This document shows positions 15,001 to 27,000 of a DNA stretch of 64,000 nt, in pieces. Within the stretch, counting starts at the first letter, position 1, and each line of letters begins with the position of its first letter. This DNA is from Eledone cirrhosa. Its lineage: Eukaryota. The translations under genes were made by a program, and so were the position numbers. The stretch lies in NCBI GenBank assembly GCA_964016885.1, contig OZ024740.1:441316001-441380000 (forward strand), given 5' to 3'. The notes beneath the pieces are model-generated. The model did no database searches. It saw only the letters and a list, made by a program, of their open reading frames with translations, and was not told where the DNA came from.

Positions 15001-18000
15001 TATATGTGTCTCTGTATGTGTGTCTCTGTATGTGTATGTGTGTCTCTGTATGTGTATGTGTGTCTCTGTATGTGTGTGTGTGTCTCTGTGTGTGTATGTG
15101 TGTCTCTGTGTGTGTATGTGTGTTTCTGTATATGTGTGTGTGTCGCTGTATGTGTGTCTCTCTATCTGTATGTGTGTCTCTGTATGTGTATGTGTGTCTC
15201 TGTGTGTGTATGTGTGTCTCTGTGTGTGTATGTGTGTCTCTGTATGTGTATGTGTGTCGCTGTATGTGTATGTGTGTCTCTGTATGTGTATGTGTGTCTC
15301 TGTGTGTGTATGTGTGTCTCCGTATGTGTATGTGTGTCTCTGTGTGTGTGTCTCTGTATGTGTATGTGTGTCTCTGTATGTGTATGTGTGTCTCTGTGTG
15401 TGTATGTGTGTCTCTGTGTGTGTGTCTCTGTGTGTGTATGTGTGTCTCTGTATGTGTATGTGTGTCTCTGTGTGTGTGTCTCTGTATGTGTATGTGTGTC
15501 TCTGTATGTGTATGTGTGTCTCTGTATGTGTATGTGTGTCTCTGTATGTGTATGTGTGTCTCTGTATGTGTATGTGTGTCTCTGTATGTGTATGTGTGTC
15601 TCTGTGTGTGCATATGTGTCTCTGTATGTGTATGTGTGTCTCTGTATGTGTATGTGTGTCTCTGTATGTGTATGTGTGTCTCTGTATGTGTATGTGTGTC
15701 TCTGTGTGTGTATGTGTGTCTGTGTGTGTGTGTCTCTGTGTGTGTATGTGTGTCTCTGTATGTGTATGTGTGTCTCTGTGTGTGTGTCTCTGTATGTGTA
15801 TGTGTGTCTCTGTGTGTGTGTCTCTGTATGTGTATGTGTGTCTCTGTATGTGTATGTGTGTCTCTGTATGTGTATGTGTGTCTCTGTATGTGTATGTGTG
15901 TCTCTGTGTGTGTATGTGTGTCTCTGTATGTGTATGTGTGTCTCTGTATGTGTATGTGTGTCTCTGTATGTGTATGTGTGTCGCTGTATGTGTGTCTCTG
16001 TATGTGTATGTGTGTCTCTGTGTGTGTGTGTGTGTCTCTGTATGTGTATGTGTGTCTCTGTATGTGTATGTGTGTCTCTGTGTGTGTGTGTGTGTCTCTG
16101 TATGTGTATGTGTGTCTCTGTATGTGTATGTGCGTCTCTGTGTGTGTGTGTGTGTGTGTGTCTCTGTATGTTTATGTGTGTCTCTGTATGTGTATGTGTG
16201 TCTCTGTATGTGTATGTGTGTCTCTGTATGTGTATGTGTGTCTCTGTATGTGTATGTGTGTCTCTGTGTGTGTATGTGTGTCTCTGTATGTGTATGTGTG
16301 TTTCTGTATGTGTATGTGTGTCTCTGTATGTGTATGTGTGTCTCTGTATGTGTGTCTCTGTATGTGTATGTGTGTCTCTGTGTGTATGTGTGTATGTGTG
16401 TCTCTGTGTGTGTGTCTCTGTGTGTGTATGTGTGTCTCTGTATGTGTATGTGTGTCTCTGTATGTGTATGTGTGTCTCTGTATGTGTATGTGTGTCTCTG
16501 TATGTGTATGTGTGTCTCTGTATGTGTATGTGTGTCTCTGTGTGTGTATGTGTGTCTCTGTATGTGTATGTGTGTCTCTGTATGTGTATGTGTGTCTCTG
16601 TATGTGTATGTGTGTCTCTGTGTGTGTATGTGTGTCTCTGTATATGTATGTGTGTCTCTGTATGTGTATGTGTGTCTCTGTATGTGTATGTGTGTCTCTG
16701 TATGTGTATGTGTGTCTCTGTGTGTGTATGTGTGTCTCTGTATGTGTATGTGTGTCTCTGTATGTGTATGTGTGTCTCTGTATGTGTATGTGTGTCTCTG
16801 TATGTGTATGTGTGTCTCTGTGTGTGTATGTGTGTCTCTGTGTGTGTATGTGTGTCTCTGTATGTGTATGTGTGTCTCTGTGTGTGTGTCTCTGTATGTG
16901 TATGTGTGTCTCTGTATGTGTATGTGTGTCTCTGTATGTGTATGTGTGTCTCTGTATGTGTATGTGTGTCTCTGTGTGTGTATGTGTGTCTCTGTGTGTG
17001 TGTCTCTGTGTGTGTATGTGTGTCTCTGTATGTGTATGTGTGTCTCTGTGTGTGTGTCTCTGTATGTGTATGTGTGTCTCTGTGTGTGTGTCTCTGTATG
17101 TGTATGTGTGTCTCTGTATGTGTATGTGTGTCTCTGTATGTGTATGTGTGTCGCTGTATGTGTATGTGTGTCTCTGTATGTGTATGTGTGTCTCTTTATG
17201 TGTATGTGTGTCTCTGTGTGTGTATGTGTGTCTCTGTATGTGTATGTGTGTCTCTGTGTGTGTATGTGTGTCTCTGTATGTGTATGTGTGTCTCTGTATG
17301 TGTATGTGTGTCTCTGTGTGTGTATGTGTGTCTCTGTATGTGTATGTGTGTTTCTGTATGTGTATGTGTGTCTCTGTATGTGTATGTGTGTCTCTGTATG
17401 TGTGTCTCTGTATGTGTATGTGTGTCTCTGTGTGTATGTGTGTATGTGTGTCTCTGTGTGTGTGTCTCTGTGTGTGTATGTGTGTCTCTGTATGTGTATG
17501 TGTGTCTCTGTATGTGTATGTGTGTCTCTGTATGTGTATGTGTGTCTCTGTATGTGTATGTGTGTCTCTGTGTGTGTATGTGTGTCTCTGTATGTGTATG
17601 TGTGTCTCTGTATGTGTATGTGTGTCTCTGTATGTGTATGTGTGTCTCTGTGTGTGTATGTGTGTCTCTGTATATGTATGTGTGTCTCTGTATGTGTATG
17701 TGTGTCTCTGTATGTGTATGTGTGTCTCTGTATCTGTATGTGTGTCTCTGTGTGTGTATGTGTGTCTCTGTATGTGTATGTGTGTCTCTGTATGTGTGTC
17801 TCTGTATATGTATGTGTGTCTCTGTGTGTGTATGTGTGTCTCTGTATGTGTATGTGTGTCTCTGTATGTGTATGTGTGTCTCTGTATGTGTATGTGTGTC
17901 TCTGTATGTGTATGTGTGTCTCTGTGTGTGTATGTGTGTCTCTGTATGTGTATGTGTGTCTCTGTCTGTGTATGTGTGTCTCTGTATGTGTATGTGTGTC

Positions 18001-21000
18001 TCTGTATGTGTATGTGTGTCTCTGTGTGTGTATGTGTGTCTCTGTATGTGTATGTGTGTCTCTGTATGTGTATGTGTGTCTCTGTATGTGTATGTGTGTC
18101 TCTGTATGTGTATGTGTGTCTCTGTGTGTGTATGTGTGTCTCTGTATGTGTATATGTGTCTCTGTATGTGTGTCTCTGTATGTGTATGTGTGTCTCTGTA
18201 TTTGTATGTGTGTCTCTGTATGTGTATGTGTGTCTCTGTGTGTGTATGTGTGTCTCTGTGTGTGTATGTGTGTCTCTGTGTGTGTATGTGTGTCTCTGTA
18301 TGTGTATGTGTGTCGCTGTATGTGTATGTGTGTCTCTGTATGTGTATGTGTGTCTCTGTGTGTGTATGTGTGTCTCCGTATGTGTATGTGTGTCTCTGTG
18401 TGTGTGTCTCTGTATGTGTATGTGTGTCTCTGTATGTGTATGTGTGTCTCTGTATGTGTATGTGTGTCTCTGTGTGTGTATGTGTGTCTCTGTGTGTGTA
18501 TGTGTGTCTCTGTATGTGTATGTGTGTCGCTGTATGTGTATGTGTGTCTCTGTATGTGTATGTGTGTCTCTGTGTGTGTATGTGTGTCTCCGTATGTGTA
18601 TGTGTGTCTCTGTGTGTGTGTCTCTGTATGTGTATGTGTGTCTCTGTATGTGTATGTGTGTCTATGTATGTGTATGTGTGTCTCTGTGTGTGTATGTGTG
18701 TCTCTGTGTGTGTATGTGTGTCTCTGTGTGTGTGTCTCTGTGTGTGTATGTGTGTCTCTGTATATGTATGTGTGTCTCTGTGTGTGTATGTGTGTCTCTG
18801 TATGTGTGTCTCTGTGTGTGTATGTGTGTCTCTGTATATGTATGTGTCTCTGTATGTGTGTCTCTGTGTGTGTATGTGTGTCTCTGTATATGTATGTGTG
18901 TCTCTGTATGTGTATGTGTGTCTCTGTGTGTGTATGTGTGTCTCTGTATGTGTATGTGTGTCTCTGTGTGTGTATGTGTGTCTCTGTATGTGTATGTGTG
19001 TCTCTGTGTGTGTATGTGTGTCTCTGTATGTGTATGTGTGTCTCTGTGTGTGTATGTGTGTCTCTGTATGTGTGTCTCTGTGTGTGTATGTGTGTCTCTG
19101 TATGTGTGTGTGTGTCTCTGTATGTGTATGTGTGTCTCTGTGTGTGTATGTGTGTCTCTGTATATGTATGTGTGTCTCTGTGTGTGTATGTGTGTCTCTG
19201 TATGTGTGTGTGTGTCTCTGTATGTGTATGTGTGTCTCTGTATGTGTATGTGTGTCTCTGTATGTGTATGTGTGTCTCTGTATGTGTATGTGTGTCTCTG
19301 TGTGTGTATGTGTGTCTCTGTGTGTGTATGTGTGTCTCTGTATGTGTGTCTCTGTGTGTGTATGTGTGTCTCTGTATGTGTGTGTGTGTCTCTGTATGTG
19401 TATGTGTGTCTCTGTGTGTGTATGTGTGTCTCTGTATATGTATGTGTGTCTCTGTGTGTGTATGTGTGTCTCTGTATGTGTATGTGTGTCTCTCTGTGTG
19501 TGTCTCTGTATGTGTATGTGTGTCTCTGTATGTGTATGTGTGTCTCTGTATGTGTGTCTCTGTGTGTGTATGTGTGTCTCTGTATGTGTGTGTGTGTCTC
19601 TGTATGTGTATGTGTGTCTCTGTATCTGTATGTGTGTCTCTGTGTGTGTATGTGTGTCTCTGTATGTGTATGTGTGTCTCTGTATGTGTGTCTCTGTATA
19701 TGTATGTGTGTCTCTGTGTGTGTATGTGTGTCTCTGTATGTGTATGTGTGTCTCTGTATGTGTATGTGTGTCTCTGTATGTGTATGTGTGTCTCTGTATG
19801 TGTATGTGTGTCTCTGTGTGTGTATGTGTGTCTCTGTATGTGTATGTGTGTCTCTGTCTGTGTATGTGTGTCTCTGTATGTGTATGTGTGTCTCTGTATA
19901 TGTATGTGTGTCTCTGTGTGTGTATGTGTGTCTCTGTATGTGTATGTGTGTCTCTGTATGTGTATGTGTGTCTCTGTATGTGTATGTGTGTCTCTGTATG
20001 TGTATGTGTGTCTCTGTGTGTGTATGTGTGTCTCTGTATGTGTATATGTGTCTCTGTATGTGTGTCTCTGTATGTGTATGTGTGTCTCTGTATTTGTATG
20101 TGTGTCTCTGTATGTGTATGTGTGTCTCTGTGTGTGTATGTGTGTCTCTGTGTGTGTATGTGTGTCTCTGTGTGTGTATGTGTGTCTCTGTATGTGTATG
20201 TGTGTCGCTGTATGTGTATGTGTGTCTCTGTATGTGTATGTGTGTCTCTGTGTGTGTATGTGTGTCTCCGTATGTGTATGTGTGTCTCTGTGTGTGTGTC
20301 TCTGTATGTGTATGTGTGTCTCTGTATGTGTATGTGTGTCTATGTATGTGTATGTGTGTCTCTGTGTGTGTATGTGTGTCTCTGTATGTGTATGTGTGTC
20401 TCTGTGTGTGTGTCTCTGTGTGTGTATGTGTGTCTCTGTATATGTATGTGTGTCTCTGTATGTGTATGTGTGTCTCTGTGTGTGTATGTGTGTCTCTGTG
20501 TGTGTGTCTCTGTGTGTGTATGTGTGTCTCTGTATATGTATGTGTGTCTCTGTGTGTGTATGTGTGTCTCTGTATGTGTGTCTCTGTGTGTGTATGTGTG
20601 TCTCTGTATATGTATGTGTCTCTGTATGTGTGTCTCTGTGTGTGTATGTGTGTCTCTGTATATGTATGTGTGTCTCTGTATGTGTATGTGTGTCTCTGTG
20701 TGTGTATGTGTGTCTCTGTATGTGTATGTGTGTCTCTGTGTGTGTATGTGTGTCTCTGTATGTGTATGTGTGTCTCTGTGTGTGTATGTGTGTCTCTGTA
20801 TGTGTATGTGTGTCTCTGTGTGTGTATGTGTGTCTCTGTATGTGTGTCTCTGTGTGTGTATGTGTGTCTCTGTATGTGTGTGTGTGTCTCTGTATGTGTA
20901 TGTGTGTCTCTGTGTGTGTATGTGTGTCTCTGTATATGTATGTGTGTCTCTGTGTGTGTATGTGTGTCTCTGTATGTGTGTGTGTGTCTCTGTATGTGTA

Positions 21001-24000
21001 TGTGTGTCTCTGTATGTGTATGTGTGTCTCTGTATGTGTATGTGTGTCTCTGTATGTGTATGTGTGTCTCTGTGTGTGTATGTGTGTCTCTGTGTGTGTA
21101 TGTGTGTCTCTGTATGTGTGTCTCTGTGTGTGTATGTGTGTCTCTGTATGTGTGTGTGTGTCTCTGTATGTGTATGTGTGTCTCTGTGTGTGTATGTGTG
21201 TCTCTGTATATGTATGTGTGTCTCTGTGTGTGTATGTGTGTCTCTGTATGTGTATGTGTGTCTCTCTGTGTGTGTCTCTGTATGTGTATGTGTGTCTCTG
21301 TATGTGTATGTGTGTCTCTGTATATGTATGTGTGTCTCTGTATGTGTATGTGTGTCTCTGTGTGTGTATGTGTGTCTCAGTATATGTATGTGTGTCTCTG
21401 TGTGTGTATGTGTGTCTCTGTATGTGTATGTGTGTCTCTGTGTGTGTATGTGTGTCTCTGTATGTGTATGTGTGTCTCTGTATGTGTATGTGTGTCTCTG
21501 TATGTGTATGTGTGTCTCTGTATGTGTGTCTCTGTATGTGTATGTGTGTCTCTGTGTGTATGTGTGTATGTGTGTCTCTGTGTGTGTGTCTCTGTGTGTG
21601 TATGTGTGTTTCTGTATGTGTATGTGTGTCTTTGTATGTGTATGTGTGTCTCTGTATGTGTATGTGTGTCTCTGTATGTGTATGTGTGTCTCTGTGTGTG
21701 TGTCTCTGTATGTGTATGTGTGTCTCTGTATGTGTATGTGTGTCTGTGTGTGTGTGTCTCTGTGTGTGTATGTGTGTCTCTGTGTGTGTATGTGTGTCTC
21801 TGTATGTGTATGTGTGTCTCTGTATCTGTATGTGTGTCTCTGTGTGTGTATGTGTGTCTCTGTATGTATATGTGTGTCTCTGTATGTGTGTCTCTGTATA
21901 TGTATGTGTGTCTCTGTGTGTGTATGTGTGTCTCTGTATGTGTATGTGTGTCTCTGTATGTGTATGTGTGTCTCTGTATGTGTATGTGTGTCTCTGTATG
22001 TGTATGTGTGTCTCTGTGTGTGTATGTGTGTCTCTGTATGTGTATGTGTGTCTCTGTATGTGTATGTGTGTCTCTGTCTGTGTATGTGTGTCTCTGTATG
22101 TGTATGTGTGTCTCTGTAAGTGTATGTGTGTCTCTGTGTGTGTATGTGTGTCTCTGTATGTGTATGTGTGTCTCTGTGTGTGTATGTGTGTCTCTGTATG
22201 TGTATGTGTGTCTCTGTATGTGTATGTGTGTCTCTGTATGTGTATGTGTGTCTCTGTATGTGTATGTGTGTCTCTGTGTGTGTATGTGGGTCTCCGTATG
22301 TGTATGTGTGTCTCTGTGTGTGTGTCTCTGTATGTGTATGTGTGTCTCTGTATGTGTATGTGTGTCTCTGTATGTGTATGTGTGTCTCTGTGTGTGTATG
22401 TGTGTCTCTGTGTGTGTATGTGTGTCTCTGTATGTGCATGTGTGTCGCTGTATGTGTATGTGTGTCTCTGTATGTGTATGTGTGTCTCTGTGTGTGTATG
22501 TGTGTCTCTGTATGTGTATGTGTGTCTCTGTGTGTGTGTCTCTGTATGTGTATGTGTGTCTCTGTGTGTGTCTGTGTGTCTCTGTATGTGTATGTGTGTC
22601 TCTGTGTGTGTATGTGTGTCTCTGTATGTGTATGTGTGTCTCTGTGTATGTGTCTCTGTATGTGTATGTGTGTCTCTGTGTGTGTCTGTGTGTCTCTGTA
22701 TGTGTATGTGTGTCTCTGTATGTGTATGTGTGTCTCTGTATGTGTATGTGTGTCTCTGTATGTGTATGTGTGTCTCTGTGTGTGTATGTGTGTCTCTGTA
22801 TGTGTATGTGTGTCTCTGTATGTGTATGTGTGTCTCTGTATGTGTATGTGTGTCTCTGTATGTGTATGTGTGTCTCTGTGTGTGTATGTGTGTCTCTGTA
22901 TGTGTATGTGTGTCTCTGTATGTGTATGTGTGTCTCTGTGTGTGTATGTGTGTCTCTGTATGTGTATGTGTGTCTCGGTATGTGTATGTGTGTCTCTGTA
23001 TGTGTATGTGTGTCTCTGTGTGTGTATGTGTGTCTCTGTGTGTGCATGTGTGTCTCTGTATGTGTATGTGTGTCTCTGTGTGTGTATGTGTGTCTCTGTA
23101 TGTGTATGTGTGTCTCTGTATGTGTATGTGTGTCTCTGTGTGTGTATGTGTGTCTCCGTATGTGTATGTGTGTCTCTGTATGTGTATGTGTGTCTCTGTG
23201 TGTGTATGTGTGTCGCTCTATATGTATGTGTGTCTCTGTATGTGTATGTGTGTCTCTGTGTGTGTATGTGTGTCTCTGTATGTGTATGTGTGTCTCTGTG
23301 TGTGTGTCTCTGTATGTGTATGTGTGTCTCTTTATGTGTATGTGTGTCTCTGTGTGTGTATGTGTGTCTCTGTGTGTGTGTCTCTGTGTGTGTATGTGTG
23401 TCTCTGTGTGTGTATGTGTGTCTTTGTATGTGTATGTGTGTCTCTGTATGTGTATGTGTGTCTCTTCTGTGTGTATGTGTGTCTCTGTATGTGTATGTGT
23501 GTTTCTGTGTGTGTGTCTCTGTATGTGTATGTGTGTCTCTGTATGTGTATGTGTGTCTCTGTATGTGTATGTGTGTCTCTGTGTGTGTGTCTCTGTGTGT
23601 GTATGTGTGTCTCTGTGTGTGTATGTGTGTCTTTGTATGTGTATGTGTGTCTCTGTGTGTGTATGTGTGTCTCTGTGTGTGTATGTGTGTCTCTGTGTGT
23701 GTATATGTGTCTCTGTATGTGTATGTGTGTCTCTGTATGTGTATCTGTGTCTCTGTATGTGTATGTGTGTCTCTGTATGTGTATGTGTGTCCCTGTGTGT
23801 GTATGTGTGTCTCTGTATGTGTATGTGTGTCTCTGTATGTGTATGTGTGTCTCTGTGTGTGTGTCTCTGTATGTGTATGTGTGTCTCTGTGTGTGTATGT
23901 GTGTCTCTGTGTGTGTATGTGTGTCCCTGTATGTGTATGTGTGTCTGTGTGTGTGTGTCTCTGTATGTGTATGTGTGTCTCTGTGTGTGTATGTGTGTCT

Positions 24001-27000
24001 CTGTGTGTATGTCTCTGTGTGTGTGTCTCTGTGTGTGTATGTGTGTCTCTGTATGAGTATGTGTGTCTCTGTATGTGTATGTGTGTCTCTGTATGTGTAT
24101 GTGTGTCTCTGTGTGTGTATGTGTGTCTCTGTGTGTGTGTCTCTGTGTGTGTATGTGTGTCTCTGTATGTGTATGTGTGTCTCTGTGTGTGTAGTCTCTG
24201 TATGTGTATGGGTGTCTCTGTATGTGTATGTGTGTCTGTGTGTGTGTGTCTCTGTGTGTGTATGTGTGTCTCTGTGTGTGTATGTGTGTCTCTGTGTATG
24301 TATGTGTGTCTCTGTATGTGTATGTGTGTCTCTGTATGTGTATGTGTGTCTCTGTATGTGTGTCTCTGTATGTGTGTCTCTGTATGTGTATGTGTGTCTC
24401 TTCTGTGTGTATGTGTGTCTCTGTATGTGTATGTGTGTCGCTGTATGTGTGTCGCTGTATGTGTGTCTCTGCATATGTATGTGTGTCTCTGTATGTGTTT
24501 GTGTGTCTCTGTGTGTGTATGTGTGTCTCTTCTGTGTGTATGTGTGTCTCTGTATGTGTATGTGTGTCTCTGTATGTGTATGTGTGTCTCTGTATGTGTA
24601 TGTGTGTCTCTGTGTGTGTGTCTCTGTGTGTGTATGTGTGTCTCTGTGTGTGTATGTGTGTCTTTGTATGTGTATGTGTGTCTCTGTGTGTGTATGTGTG
24701 TCTCTGTGTGTGTATGTGTGTCTCTGTGTGTGTATATGTGTCTCTGTATGTGTATGTGTGTCTCTGTATGTGTATGTGTGTCTCTGTATGTGTATGTGTG
24801 TCTCTGTATGTGTATGTGTGTCTCTGTGTGTGTATGTGTGTCTCTGTATGTGTATGTGTGTCTCTGTATGTGTATGTGTGTCTCTGTGTGTGTGTCTCTG
24901 TATGTGTATGTGTGTCTCTGTGTGTGTATGTGTGTCTCTGTGTGTGTATGTGTGTCTCTGTATGTGTATGTGTGTCTCTGTGTGTGTATGTGTGTCTCTG
25001 TGTGTGTGTCTCTGTGTGTGTATGTGTGTCTCTGTATGAGTATGTGTGTCTCTGTATGTGTATGTGTGTCTCTGTATGTGTATGTGTGTCTCTGTGTGTG
25101 TATGTGTGTCTCTGTATGTGTATGTGTGTCTCTGTGTGTGTATGTGTGTCTCTGTGTCTGTGTCTCTGTGTGTGTATGTGTGTCTCTGTATGTGTATGTG
25201 TATCTCTGTATGTGTATGTGTGTCTGTGTGTGTGTGTCTCTGTGTGTGTATGTGTGTCTCTGTATGAGTATGTGTGTCTCTGTATGTGTATGTGTGTCTC
25301 TGTATGTGTATGTGTGTCTCTGTGTGTGTATGTGTGTCTCTGTATGTGTATGTGTGTCTCTGTATGTGTATGTGTGTCTCTGTATGTGTATGTGTGTCTC
25401 TGTATGTGTGTGTGTCTCTGTATGTGTATGTGTCTCTGTATGTGTGTGCGTGTCTCTGTATGTGTATGTGTGTCTCTGTATGTGTGTCTATGTATGTATG
25501 TCGCTGTATGTGTATGTGTGTCTCTGTATGTGTATGTGTGTCTCTGTATGTGTATGTGTGTCTCTGTATGTGTATGTGTGTCTCTGTGTGTGTATGTGTG
25601 TCTCTGTATGTGTATGTGTGTCTCTGTGTGTGTATGTGTGTCTCTGTATGTGTATGTGTGTCTCTGTGTGTGTATGTGTGTCTCTGTATGTGTATGTGTG
25701 TCGCTGTATGTGTATGTGTGTCTCTGTATGTGTATGTGTGTCTCTGTGTGTGTATGTGTGTCTCCGTATGTGTATGTGTGTCTCTGTGTGTCTGTCTCTG
25801 TATGTGTATGTGTGTCTCTGTATGTGTATGTGTGTCTCTGTATGTGTATGTGTGTCTCTGTGTGTGTATATGTGTCTCGGTATGTGTATGGGTGTCTCTG
25901 TGTGTGTGTCTCTGTATGTGTATGTGTGTCTCTGTATGTGTATGTGTGTCTCTGTATGTGTATGTGTGTCTCTGTGTGTGTATGTGTGTCTCTGTATGTG
26001 TATGTGTGTCTCTGTGTGTGTGTCTCTGTGTGTGTATGTGTGTCTCTGTATATGTATGTGTGTCTCTGTATGTGTATGTGTGTCTCTGTATATTTATGTG
26101 TGTCTCTGTGTGTGTATGTGTGTCTCTGTATGTGTGTCTCTGTGTGTGTATGTGTGTCTCTGTATATGTATGTGTGTCTCTGTATGTGTATGTGTGTCTC
26201 TGTATGTGTATGTGTGTCTCTGTATGTGTATGTGTGTCTCTGTGTGTGTATGTGTGTCTCTGTATGTGTGTCTCTGTGTGTGTATGTGTGTCTCTGTATG
26301 TGTATGTGTGTCTCTGTGTGTGTATGTGTGTCTCTGTATGTGTATGTGTGTCTCTGTGTGTGTATGTGTGTCTCTGTATGTGTGTCTCTGTGTGTGTATG
26401 TGTGTCTCTGTATGTGTGTCTCTGTATGTGTGTCTCTGTATGTGTATGTGTGTCTCTGTATATGTATGTGTGTCTCTGTGTGTGTATGTGTGTCTCTGTA
26501 TGTGTGTCTCTGTATGTGTGTCTCTGTATGTGTATGTGTGTCTCTGTATATGTATGTGTGTCTCTGTATGTGTATGTGTGTCTCTGTATGTGTATGTGTG
26601 TCTCTGTATATGTATGTGTGTCTCTGTATGTGTATGTGTGTCTCTGTATATGTATGTGTGTCTCTGTGTGTGTATGTGTGTCTCTGTGTGTGTATGTGTG
26701 TCTCTGTGTGTGTATGTGTGTCTCTGTATGTGTATGTGTGTCGCTGTATGTGTATGTGTGTCTCTGTATGTGTATGTGTGTCTCTGTGTGTGTATGTGGG
26801 TCTCCGTATGTGTATGTGTGTCTCTGTGTGTGTGTCTCTGTATGTGTATGTGTGTCTCTGTATGTGTATGTGTGTCTCTGTATGTGTATGTGTGTCTCTG
26901 TGTGTGTATGTGTGTCTCTGTGTGTGTATGTGTGTCTCTGTATGTGCATGTGTGTCGCTGTATGTGTATGTGTGTCTCTGTATGTGTATGTGTGTCTCTG

